64,000 nt of DNA from Lepidodermella squamata (taxonomy: Eukaryota; Animalia; Gastrotricha). Below the pieces are notes generated by a model. It had not been told where the DNA came from, searched no databases, and was given only the letters and a program-made list of their open reading frames with translations. The stretch is taken from positions 744,001-808,000 of the forward strand of contig JBLDXI010000042.1 of NCBI GenBank assembly GCA_047495785.1, written 5' to 3'. Made by a program: the position numbers and the translations under genes. Of the stretch, positions 24,901 through 36,563 are shown one piece after another; positions within the stretch are counted from its first letter, which is position 1, and every line of letters starts with the position of its first letter.

Positions 24901-26078
24901 GCCTGCCTTCGCCCTCTGCAAAACCGGAAACGGTATAGACGCACAAGTCGAATGAGAGGATAAATAAAAACATTATTATTATGAAATTGAAATAAAATCA
25001 AATAATTTAGATTGTCTATATACTTTTACTTCATAGATCAGAATGCAGGCGTTGATTTGGAGGGTGTCGTGCCTAATGTGGATCCGAATTGGTCCTTCAT
25101 CGCTTTATCTTACAACCGCGATACCGAGAAGTTGCTAATCGTTCATGATAACTATGTCCTCGAAGAATCAGTAACTCCTAATACGAGGCCGGTGGTTAGC
25201 ATGAAAATAAGACTCGGTGGAGATTTGGCCGGAAACAACGCGTTCAATGGCAGGCTGGCATGTTTTTCGCTCCACAAACACGCGATGTCCCTCGACCAAA
25301 TGTGGATTCTTCGCAAGAAGTGCTTTCAAATACAGCTCGGAATGGTTGTCACTATGGACGTGATAAGATCGCGATTGACCAGCTTCGTCGGTAGTTGGCC
25401 GCTGGTTTCCGATCTGAACGATCGCATCGACCTCAGAGCTGATTTTACGACTCCAAATGCAGCTCTCCGACAAGTCGCGGGGCCCTTTGGCCGGCCTAAC
25501 ACGGCTTTCTATTACAACTCAACCGATCCTATCGCCGTGAGTGCCGGAAAGATCGCGCTTAATGGCGACTTCACGATGCTTTTGTTCGTTGCTTCGGCTA
25601 AGCAGAAAGGCACAATCCTGGAATTTGCTCCCGATGAGACGAACACAGGATTCAGACTTATGGCCGATGTCAATCAAACCTTCACGCTCAGGCCGTATGG
25701 GTCAGCTGAATTAACAATTCGATGCTCTGGACCGAATGGAGTCGCATGGCATCATCTCAAGATTCTTTACGACCAAGATGAAGGAACGTTCTTCACGTGT
25801 ACAACGCGAGGTGGAGCCCAGGATATTACACTCCCCGCTCCGTTCACCATGTCAGGGTCATTCCACTTGGCAGGGTATGTATCCACTTGACGAATCAACA
25901 ACATGTTATCTAGTAAATGATTGTTGACAGATCTTGGGCTACCCCTGTCGAGCCGCTCATGGGAAGCATGGCTTGCCTGAACATTATCCGGGGTGCTCTC
26001 AATTATGCAGATTCTCCTGAAAAACAGCGAGTTTTAGAAATTTATTGTGCTGCCTTTGCGATTCCCGAATTGCTGTGA
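21904..26078 (+). CDS. Secreted protein: Cys-rich repeats + two LamG/pentraxin-like domains (many small exons)
   Basis: Signal peptide MRSIILLLVVISLTFNGQASG; Cys-rich microexons 21904-24330; LamG ORFs 24352-24750 and 25012-25890 (DISGNG, FTIAQYV, WSFIALSY, FNGRLACFSL); last exon ends CAAFAIPELL*. Confidence 0.72.
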
Positions 26079-26652
26079 AAACGGATATCATCATTTTTGA
26101 ATTTTGAAATCTTCCTAAAATGATTTGTTCACTGATGTGAGCATGAAGTGTTGCTAGTTTAAATATTAAGGTATAGGGCTGATATGGCATTTAACGCTGG
26201 TTGCCGATTTATCGAATAAATGTTACAGCTTAAAACTTGATTATTTGCGAAATAACTGCTGTTTTTTCTTTTTGATGAGCTTCAGTTGAGAGAGTTATAT
26301 TGGGTGTTGCTATCGGCACATAATATTATGTGCCTCTTATTGGCTATTTGCACATACATAAGAGCGCCATACAACTAATTCTTGGCCTCGTGAGCGTTGC
26401 TCTGAAATTTAAAAAATTTTCGCTAATAATGAAAATGTCAGTGCACAATTTACTTTGCGTAAAATACCTTGCAATCGTGGAATACTGTAATTTCAGTTTA
26501 AAAAATTAGGCTGGTCTTGACGTACCAGAAAATTTTAATTCATTACCAATGTTGGTAGAGAGATAACCGGGCGCGAAACCTACGAATTGGCGTAAAAGAC
26601 GAGGGGTAGTCCAGGCTATTCGGAAGGCCTGTTCGCGAGTGTCCGTCTTCGG

Positions 26653-26811
26653 CTTGGTCTTCGAGCCTAAAACACAGCTTAGCAAGAAAGTCGAAAAGAA
26701 AATCATTGCTGGTGTGAACTTCATTCAGTTTCTTGATCTAGTTATGCTTTTACTATCGCTGGCGGGGTTTGCTGGTTTGATTTGGTACTTTTTAGTAACG
26801 ATCAATAAGTG
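26653..26811 (+). pseudogene. Orphan 3' end (M4 helix + stop) of a paralog of the 17730-19751 channel
   Basis: Nucleotide and protein similarity (EPKTQLSKK...IQFLDLVMLLLSLAGFAGLIWYFLVTINK*) to 19594-19751. Confidence 0.8.
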
Positions 26812-27058
26812 ACAAGAGAGCTTCTTTATTTGCAAATATATCACAACTTCGAGACCATTTCATTAATCGATGCTGAAGTGAATAATAAATTAATTATTAT
26901 AAATAATAAGTCATTATTAAATTAATATTAAATAGCCTCTTCGTTGCTTGAAAACTACGACAGGTAACCGAGGTATATCAAGCTGTGCTTTTTTTATTTA
27001 CCGAGTATTTTCAGCAATAATCAAAGATTAAGGCCTGTGAGTGAATGGGTGAGCGAAT

Positions 27059-27410
27059 GATATCAGCCGTCGATGTTTTTTCGCGTGATCATCGCTACCT
27101 TGTGATCAACGGCATAACACTATGCAAATAAGCAACCTTGATATCGTTAGCGACGCTGAATAACTCGGATTTATGTTTGTTTACATCAAGGCGACGACTG
27201 ACAAGTAAAAAGCGGAAATTTTTACGTGTATGAAGAGGCGAAACGAAAGACATTTTACTTGTCTCCTCTCAGTTTGAAACGGACGTAAACAAGCCTAAAT
27301 CCGAGTTATTCAACGTCGCTAACGATATCAAGGTTGCTTATTTGCATAGTGTTATGCCGTTGATCACAAGGTAGCGATGATCACGCGAAAAAACATCGAC
27401 AGCTGATATC
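27059..27410. mobile_element. Palindromic MITE with ~125-bp near-perfect TIRs
   Basis: gatatcagccgtcgatgttttttcgcgtgatcatcgctacc...gaataactcggattta and its reverse complement at ~27296-27410. Confidence 0.85.
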
Positions 27411-27484
27411 TCAGTTGCCGCCAAGTAAGCTCAACGGCCATACTAATTCGTAACAATCATTCTTTACTTATGTATTCCACCGTG

Positions 27485-30423
27485 CATAGAGAACGGAGTG
27501 ATCAGAGTGTTAACTCTCGCAGAAAAATGAAGCCTAAATTAAATATAAAATTCCTCCTTAAAAATTGCAAAAAACTTGATTAAATGTTTTATTCTTTTTC
27601 ACCATGCATGTTTACATGTAAATTTCTCGTTTTTTACACGAATTTTACATCCAATAGCGGTGAGTAAGTTTTTTCGAGAATGGTATCATTGGAATGAACG
27701 TTTCTTGCGCTATCAGGCTGAATTCGCAGTTTTTCTTGGAAAGTTGTTACGCGGTTTGGCCACTCTGTTAATTACGCGGCATTTTTCGGCCTTTAATGGA
27801 CTCTGAGAGCGGTTCAACGGAGCAAAGGAAGTTTGTTGTTTCTGCTGAATCGTTGAAAAAATTTCGGACCCTGTCACTAAACGCCGGATATGACTTGATC
27901 GACACCTGGTGCTTTCCTTACCCAGCAGTTAGAAATCCCGGAAACAGGTTTCGAGCGCTGTGGAGAGCCGAAAAAGTTCACAAAGACGTCATCAAGCGAA
28001 AAGCCTACGCGCTGACGCAGACCTTTGAGATAGCCTTCGATATTGACAGCAAGAAACTGCATGATATGCTGTTGTCGGCTACAAATAGCGCCGAGCAATC
28101 AAGCTCTGCAGAAGTTGACAGTGATTCGACTAATTCAACTCCATCTACTCCATCAACAGAATTAATCGCCCAGCCAGATTTAGCAAGCAAATCGATTAAT
28201 ATACCAAGCACGAGCTCGCCATCGCCGATAGTGTCTTCGAATCCTCAAGTTATTGTCGTTTTGACCCCGATCGTCCGTTACGATGGAGCCCTCAGTCGGC
28301 TTTCGCCTTCCGAGAATCCGTCTATGAACACCCCGATACCGGCTCGAAAAAGAGGTCGCCCTGGTGATACGATTGACGAAGTGCGTAGTAAATTGATAAC
28401 ACTGCAACAAAGGGAAAGAAGAAAGGCTTGCCCAAAAGCTAAACGCATCAAGAAAACGCCGGCCCCGAAGCTACCAGAGCGAGGATTACGCGTCTTTGAA
28501 AACGCTCTCTTAAATTCAACGCGCAAGCCCAAAGGTCGACGTTATAATACTGAATCGCAGGAGTTTTTCGTGGCAATGGCTTTGTGTGGGCGAGCTACAT
28601 TTTCCATTCTTCGAGAACTGTTCGGTGATAACATACCTTGCCGGGGCACTGTTTTCAATTGGCTGCAGCGCATACCAGTCGAACCTGGCAGTGTGTCTTT
28701 TGTAATAATGAAACATGTAAGTATTCTCTAGCTTGAACCAAGCCGTCCCACTGACTCGTTTTCTGCCTATTCAGTTTGTGGAAATAGATCCGCAGAGTGC
28801 GACCGATTGCGTTATTCAAGTGGATGAGATGTCATCACGGAAGGCTATGTTTTATGTTGGCAAGCTGGATGTCATGTTAGGTCGGCCGAATGGAGGGAAG
28901 CTATTTTCCTTAGAAGCTGCGGTGGTTGCGCAACCAATCTCACCCAGCCGCAAATCTTGGCAGGCATTCAGAATTCAATAATTTATCGAATCAATAAGGC
29001 ACGAACTTCGCATGTGAAAAGTGAGGGGTCGAATAGTACTTTCTCAGTGTGGAGTTGTTTGCCGAAGCCGAAGAAGATCCAGGCTGCTGATACTGATGAC
29101 CGAAAAATTGAAGAAGCCGTCTCAGCTATGATATCGAATGCTGAAAAGCAGCGAGACGAGTCGGCATGCGAAAACTTACGTACAAGGCTGCAGTCACCTG
29201 TTCTGACTATGCGAGAAGCGAATGACTCATATACAGCTGGATACTTGTCTTCGAGGGTTTTGGAGGATTTGGAAACGGATTGTCATGGCTGTATTAAAAG
29301 TGTGACTGGTGATGGATCAGACGTATCAATGCTTATGATTGAACTAAAATCATACGATCCTGATCGACAGCTTCTTACAGTGCCATCTCGAGCAGTCTAC
29401 TTGCTAACTTCGAGAGCCTTCAAAATTTTCGAAATTTACAAGTCCTACATTTTGAGACACCCAAAGCCTGCAGCTGTTGCTGCTGCCCTGATTTTGAGGG
29501 AAGTTGTTGACGACCAAAGAATACGTTTTTGCGCGACGCACCACAGCTGCGTGGCCAATTTACTTGCGATGCGAGCATCGAGAATGTTGGTTCGATATCA
29601 TACCAAAGTTGATTTTCAAGTCGAAAAACAGCCGACAAGCCGAAGAAAGGCGCCGCAATTTCAAGGGAAATAGTGAGCAGAAAATATTTTTTGTTGGTTC
29701 AGTTGTTCGAACTGCATTTGTTATGTTTCCTTCCCTTCGAATTTTTACAGTGGTCGGTAAAAAATAAATGAGAGTTTCCTGTAGCATTTGGTATTTGGTT
29801 ATTTGCGTTCGGCAGCGTAAGATTATAGCTTTTTCTTGAAGCTTTGATCACGAAATTCGATCCTTTGTTCGCAGGTAAGAATATAACTTTCATGATATGC
29901 AGAGATAAAAGGAGGCGAGTGAATAATAAGAAATAATAAGAAATGAATAGTTTTCGGGAAGCAATAAATGCGCACTATTTTGGTTCCCAACATCGCTTGA
30001 TGAAGATGTTGATATCAAAAGAAGCGCCAGAAGCTGATCTATCTTTTTGATACATTTGCGACCTTGTGTCATGCCCAGTCACAAAAAAATGTGACCTAAT
30101 AGTGACATATTCCGTTGAAAATAATTGGGAAACTTTAACACCTTATAGCAGACGGACCGTAATTTTCCAAGAAAACTGATCGATATTGTTTTAAAGGAAA
30201 TTTGAAGGTGAGCAGACACGGTACTGTTTTGGAAAAATTTATCAACCGCTATTATTTTGAAATGGCCCGGGAAAGTGAGCATTTTATGTAAAAAATGCAT
30301 GTAAAACAAACTTCAAATCCATGAAAAAATCCTCCTAAATGCCAATTTTCCCTATTTTTGCTTTTGAATTCAAACTTCATGTTTTTACTATGAGTTAGCA
30401 CTCTGATCACTCCGTTCTCTATG
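27485..30423 (+). mobile_element. P-superfamily DNA transposon, internally deleted
   Basis: 32-bp TIR catagagaacggagtgatcagagtg(t/c)taactc; perfect 8-bp TSD ccaccgtg (27477-27484, 30424-30431); P-transposase-like ORFs inside. Confidence 0.9.
27796..29673 (+). pseudogene. P-element/THAP9-like transposase remnant
   Basis: KGRRY...LR...IPCRGTVFNWLQRIPVEPG, CVIQVDEM (first catalytic Asp) and C-terminal YTAGYL...CHGC...LTVPS motifs; most of the catalytic core is missing. Confidence 0.75.
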
Positions 30424-30600
30424 CCACCGTGTCTGTTAGAGCCTTAGAATCGAATGGTAAGTTTCCTTCGCACGCTTATCTCTCTTTTCCCACTCAAAAT
30501 ATGCCGTCTTAGGTGACGGAGCCGCCGCGCAATCTGACAATAAGCAAGCGACCCATTCAACAAACGTTAAATGCATACGTCTCATATGCCGGGTTGGTAA

Positions 30601-31446
30601 GGGGCCACACCGATTCTCGTGGTGTTACGCAGTGGTGCGCAGCGAGCGCGCGCAGGCGCACACAGCGGCGCTGTGGTGTTCCTAGTACTCACGCATTTGG
30701 CTATCTTAGCCCGCTCGGGAGCCAGATCGGGCGCACCCGCTTTTCGAGTTAACGCGAGTGAGCGTGCGCGGGCACCAATCAGAGTTTCGTCCAGCGCCGC
30801 TTGCGCAATCAGAGAGTAAAAGTCGACTCGGGTGAGCGCGCGCAGAGTCTACATTTTTAAATAATTTGGGCCGCGCGCGCTAATGTCAAACGGCTACTGT
30901 CAAAAAGTGTGGCGGTTTTATTACCAAAATAAAATTCAGGCAATGCTCTATCGAATAGATATAGGCTCCCGTATGTAAAAATTAAACGAAAATGTTTAAA
31001 CGCTGGCTCCAAAATTGTCGAATTAAATGCGCGCGCTCTTCAAAACCGCGAGGAAACAAACGTCATTTCGTCCAATTTTTATGCATCAGAGCCCAATATA
31101 TAATCGATAGAGAATTTTTTGAATTTTATTTTGGTGGTGAAACCGCCTCAATATTTGAAAATATCCCTTTGACAACAGTGCGCGCCGCTCGAAGTTTTTA
31201 AAAATTTAGACTTGCCGCGCGCGCACATAGTCCAATCAACTTCCACTTGCGCAACACATCACAGATGCTAGTCGCCCGCGCGCGCTTGCCCGCGTTAACG
31301 CTAAATGCGGGTGCGCCCGATCCGACTCCGGAGTAGGCTCTCGTAGCCAAATGCGTGAGTACTGGGAACTCCACAGCGCCGCTGTGCGCGTCCGCGCGCG
31401 CTCGCTGTGGACCACTGCGTAACACCACGAGAATCGGTGTGGCGCC
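30601..31446. mobile_element. PIF/Harbinger (Tourist-like) MITE
   Basis: Long TIRs gg(g/c)gccacaccgattctcgtggtgttacgcagtggt...; TAA TSD at 30598-30600 and 31447-31449. Confidence 0.88.
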
Positions 31447-32270
31447 TAAAGTAAGTATAGCACCTCAATGCCTATATCTAGCCTTGTAACTATACTCCAT
31501 TGTAGCGGACTAAAAAGTACTTCTGCAAAATGAGAAAACATTAATTCGGCCATAGAAGAGGATGATAGATTGGCAACAAACTCGAAATGCAATTCATGTT
31601 TATGACAACACCCTGAATTACAAAATCACATTCCGTCCTACGTTAAGGATATTATTCTACAATCCATTTCTTCAAATACAAGAGTTTTTGGTGGTGGAAA
31701 GAAAGCGTCAGTGCTTTTCATGTTATGTATAGTCGCCGTAATTCAGCTGTTCGTATGCTCAAGAAAATGAAACATTTAGCCTGCGGTTTCGTCTATTTTG
31801 AGAGGTTTTGAAGCGCGTTATTTGTTGAAATTTGTTGAAAATGCGACATTTCCAACTGATTCGCCAACTCCAGTTTTGCAAAGTATAAATAAATCTAGAT
31901 AAAACCCGAAAAAATAGTTGCATGCCTATAGCGATTCCGTTTTTTTCAAGTGAAGGATTGCTAGTGATTAAATCATGGGTAGTTATCGCATAAGACTGAT
32001 TCTCAACTTTACGAAGGAAGCGAAACACGATTTTTTTATATGTCCTTTCATCTTTTTCCAATAATGTCCCTTTCTTTCCATCATTTTAAACAAAAATTAT
32101 ACTTGCCGCTATACGCTGCCACCGATCAAGGGTTTTTATTTACTTGGAGTCTAGATGTCATAGCTGATATCATTCGCTCACCCTTACTCTGGTCCCGTAG
32201 CATTAGCAGTGCCAGTTCATTATTTTATTTTTTATTCTTCACTTTGAGTATCAAACATATAACTACTATC

Positions 32271-32547
32271 ATGCGGACTAAAGTTATTCCTATGGTCGCA
32301 GTGTTATACTGCCTCGCTGTTGTGGCAAGTTGTTTCGATTACGACGATGGATCAGATTCTCCGGCACCGCTGAGTAAGTGATACCGCAATGACTATCAAC
32401 CGATTTTACTTCTTGAATTTTACACCATCATTAGATACTGCTTCAAACTCAACTAAAAATCCACTCGAGCCGGACACCCTTGAACACATGATAAACAAAG
32501 TCGTCCCATATATCACGAGTTTTATGAAAAAGTTCCGAATTTTCTAG
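32271..32547 (+). CDS. Small secreted peptide precursor, 71 aa; exons 32271-32373, 32435-32547
   Basis: Signal peptide MRTKVIPMVAVLYCLAVVASC; phase-1 gtaagt...ag intron of 61 bp splices in frame; AATAAA at ~32647. Confidence 0.6.
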
Positions 32548-33439
32548 CGGTGGTATGGGCATTTCGGTAGCAGGCCGGTCTTCGTACTCTGTGTTGAAGT
32601 CTTATTGTAATCTGTGCTAATCTACACTATATGCTTCAATTATTCAAATAAATGTGTTCCTTGGTGGTGGTAAGAAATCGATCGAGCAAGCAATAAGCCG
32701 TAGAATAAGACACTCTCTAAAACTATAAATCCTTAAAATGTCGATAAAGTTCCTTAGGAAGTTGACTCGACATATTACTTGCACGCTTCAAAAACAGGAT
32801 GTAATCTAAGAGTTAGAACGTTCGGAAGAAATGGGTGGAAAGCCCCTGAAAATAACCACATGGGTTACGAAGGACGCTTTCATCATAAAATCGAAAATTA
32901 CCCCCTAGTTTGAGTATCCCACTCCGCGCACTGCCATCCTATTTTCACGCTTTTTGAGGGCTAAAGATTGAAGATGCAATATATCCCGAGCTGCTATTGG
33001 AACTCATTTCGGAAGAAATATCATTTTCAAAATTGCCACAGCTCAGTATTGGGACAAAGGGATTGTTAGGATCTCAAAGGTAATGCTGATTATACATCTT
33101 ACTCTCAGGCGTGCTGCTCTTTTCCTGTCTCCTGAAAAATTAACTCGACTTGTACTTATAGTCGATCATTAATCGATAAGGAAATCGAAAAATCTCACTC
33201 AGAAAGGAAGGAAAAATCTCCTAAGTTCGTTCAAGGTATCAAAACATTGGTTGGGTCTATTTCACCCATTTTTGTATATTTACGATGAGAACTTAAGAAC
33301 AAGTAGTTTTCGTGTTCGTGTCTTGAAGCTATCATATTCATTCTAAATTAATTCATGCCATAATAGCTGCAATTACCGTTGAGACAACTGAGTTGCCGCA
33401 GTGTAAGTGATAATCCTATTCTTTTTTCCAACATTGCCG

Positions 33440-33770
33440 TCAGAACAAGTGAGCCATACCGAGGAAGTGGCACACAGGTGTTACAAAGAACCAAACTGGA
33501 GCTCTGATAATACTACCCTGGAAGAGTGCAAGGAATTTTGCTTACTTTTCAAATCGTGTATTGCCCTCAGCTACTCCGACAATACGTGCTCGTACTACAT
33601 CAAGTGCCTCTTCACACACCACGCCGCACAACTTCATGGCTGTGTTCATTCGCATGTCCAATTATCAAGCTCAGAATAAAGCAGCCGATCAATGCTTTGG
33701 TGACGATGGCATCACTGGCCGTGTCAACTATGGTATGGATGGCAGATGGCGGTCGGTACAAGGCGCATGA
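33440..33770 (+). pseudogene. PAN/Apple-like domain fragment, apparently frameshifted
   Basis: TLEECKEFCLLFKSCIALSYSDNTCSYY fits the PAN pattern CxxxC...C...Y...C; no clean start or continuation. Confidence 0.4.
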
Positions 33771-34644
33771 AGTGATACCAGGAAATTCGGTGATACCAGG
33801 TTGAGGGTAGTACAGGGGTTACCGGAAAACACCAGACCCAGTAGTACCCCAATCAAAGTTCTTTCGCAGGGTAGGAGCATGTGTTTTTCTAAATATGAGT
33901 GAAGCACATGTTATTTTCAGACTACCTATTTGCTATCATCAGCTAAGCTCGCTTTGCTAGTCATTAAGTACTAGTGTTGGAAACGTTGCGCTCAATTTCC
34001 TTTTTATAGCATTATTCGCGTCATTTTGTGATCTTACTCAGCTTTCATTCCCTCGATTCTTGACCAGCTTGCTTGCGCACAAATTAATCCCATACCTTAT
34101 TTTAACGTTTGATTTGAAATAAAAGTATTTGGGTTGTGGGAAGAAAGCGTTTTCTCACTATTCCATGCAGTGCCAGGAATTCGACGAGTCCCTGTTAACG
34201 GCAAACAGCGTGCAAATTACAGCGGTGTCGTACCCCCAGTTCGAGAAGCCCAGTAACGACAGCCGAAAAACCACAGGGGACACTTTTGTCAATAACTTCG
34301 AAACCATCAAACTTTACTCGGTAGCTCATAATTAGAAGATCCAACTTTGTTCGTTGATTATGATAATAAACAGCCGATTGATATCAGGCGGTATAAATAA
34401 AAATACTGGCATAACTTACATACCTATTACGTTAAACCTTAGTTACTCTGAGTTTTAATTTGACATTTAACGAAGTAGGACCGCGTCTCTGGTGGGAATC
34501 ACAAAAATTGGCATGAGGGTACTTTGAATGAGCTCACCGTTCGAGCTGGTAGGGATGACCATTACCATCCCTAGCGGTACTTCGCTCTTCTGACATACGC
34601 GCAATACATACGCTCATTTCGAGAATAAATGATCACCAGATTAC

Positions 34645-35605
34645 CAGAATGTCATTCTTCCAGATCAAGAAAGAATTGAAGAATTAGTATTATTTACTGA
34701 AATTTTCACCTGGAAAACGAGGACAAACTTATGCTCCGGTCATAATTCGTTTTTAGGCGCGCCTTTCATTGCGATAAGAACACCGACATATGCTAGAATA
34801 TTTAGTTGATGCTTGGCATCTATGAATTGCTTGTATCCAGATGCACTCCACACTCATGCTGGTCATTTTGACACGACGACGCACCTCGTCCCTATTTCGT
34901 ATTACGATTTAGGATACCACTTCATTTTCGCACAGCGAATTGTTCATCTAAACCGGCACTAGCCGGTACAAGCCAGCTCTCCAAACCGAGCTGGGGGTCT
35001 ACAACGGACTGATTTTCACTGTCTGAGTCCGGTTTAGGCATGAAATAAATTTATTTTATGGGGAATTTGAAGTTTTTTATTTTTACAATATTTCGTCCTT
35101 TTTCGACTTGTTCAATCTGCGTTTAATCTTGGGACAAGGTCTCGACTATAGAAATACATCAACAACGCTATAAGGCTAGTCAGTCGTTTTCGTCATCCTA
35201 TTAACAAACTTCTCGCAAAAGCAAGACGCAAACTTTTGAGGTTGAGAATTTGTCATTTGTCGCTGAAGGAATTAGTACCAGCAATGTCAATTTTCAGATC
35301 AAGAAAGAATGGAAAAGTAATATCTTAAGCTACGATAACCAGGAAAACGAGGACAAACGCATGCTCTTGTAATATTTAATTTGTAGGCGCGCCTAGCTTT
35401 GCGATAAGAACAGTGACATATGCTAGGTTATTAAGACCTGGTACATGCCACTTGCTTGTGTGTTCATCCTCCTTACTTGTGGCCATCTTGACTCGGCTGC
35501 ACCTCGTCCCGACATCCCATACTTCTGCTACGAATCACAGATATTAACAATTTATTAGGCTTCTAAATGATTGCCACTCGGCGCCAAATTTAAGGTCCCA
35601 CTTCA
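34645..35605. repeat. Diverged direct duplication (~300 bp; copies ~34645-34930 and ~35278-35605)
   Basis: Shared blocks cagatcaagaaagaat, ggaaaacgaggacaaac, taggcgcgcc, gcgataagaaca, gacatatgctag, gcacctcgtcc. Confidence 0.7.
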
Positions 35606-36026
35606 TTAATGTGCATCAAAAGCGGAAAAAACACCGGACTACTTAGGCTGGCTCGATCAGTGGAGTTTAGACTTAACATCCAAATATTATGGTCTTAACC
35701 GAACTCTCTGAACCGGTTGTCTAAACTGGAACGATTTTGGGGTCAGAGACTGGATTTGGCATGGAGAGGTCTGTTATTATAAAAGCCGCCGGGAAATTTG
35801 AAAGTTAGCCTTCGTCGAGCACGTAGCGGGCCAATCAGAGTGTGCGTGTGGAGGAAACCTAGGCGGGCCTGAAAATGAGCCAAGTTAGGTCAGGGAGCGA
35901 AGTAGAGACGGTAGGGATAGTAGGTCCCTACCAATTCAATCGGTCCGCAAGGTAAACTCAGTCAAAGACCAAAGGGGCGACCCTTATGTCGGTGTTCCTT
36001 ATCCAAACCCGTTCGGCCGTCTTACT

Positions 36027-36113
36027 ACCCTAACCCTAGCCCTAACCCCAGCCTAACCCTAGGCTAACCCTAACTATAACCCTAACCCTAACCCTAACCC
36101 TAACCCTAACCCT
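36027..36113 (-). repeat. Interstitial telomere-type (TTAGGG)n tract
   Basis: About 12 perfect or degenerate CCCTAA units. Confidence 0.8.
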
Positions 36114-36563
36114 TTAAATAACGAATAAAAGGGTTAGGTATTGAATTAAATGAAATTTGGTACCGGCGTAAGATTTTCCCGGGACCCTTATGTCGTTTTT
36201 CCTTATCAGTTCGGTCTCAGTATCTGAAGCTATTTTTTCTAGTAATGTTTTAGTGCGACGTGTAAAAATGGCGCCTTGGGTTAATTTATCCGCATTTTCA
36301 AAGCTCGGGTTTATTCATTTAATTTTCGTTCATTCTTTCCGAGATTTAAAAACCGATTTGCAATGTTCGAGCTCATTTGCTAAGAGCCAAGGGCGTTTAA
36401 TCATGGCGCAACTTTGCGCTTATCGCCGTGTTTCAGCCCTACTTTCTCATCAAATTAATGATAAGATTTTGTTGATCGAAATTCCTGATGACTTCTTATC
36501 ATAATTTGACATATGCCGGATTTTGTGGTTCCATTATTACAAAACATATTGATAGATAAAAAC

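Noticed and set aside
25890-26811. Idea that the Cys-repeat/LamG gene splices onto the downstream channel M4 fragment
   Set aside because: The gene has its own terminal exon and stop (26078), mirrored by the paralog ending at 50295, and the rest of the channel is absent
34645-35605. Possible duplicated coding exons on the minus strand
   Set aside because: Both copies contain stops or indels in the frames examined and no family could be recognised; kept only as a repeat
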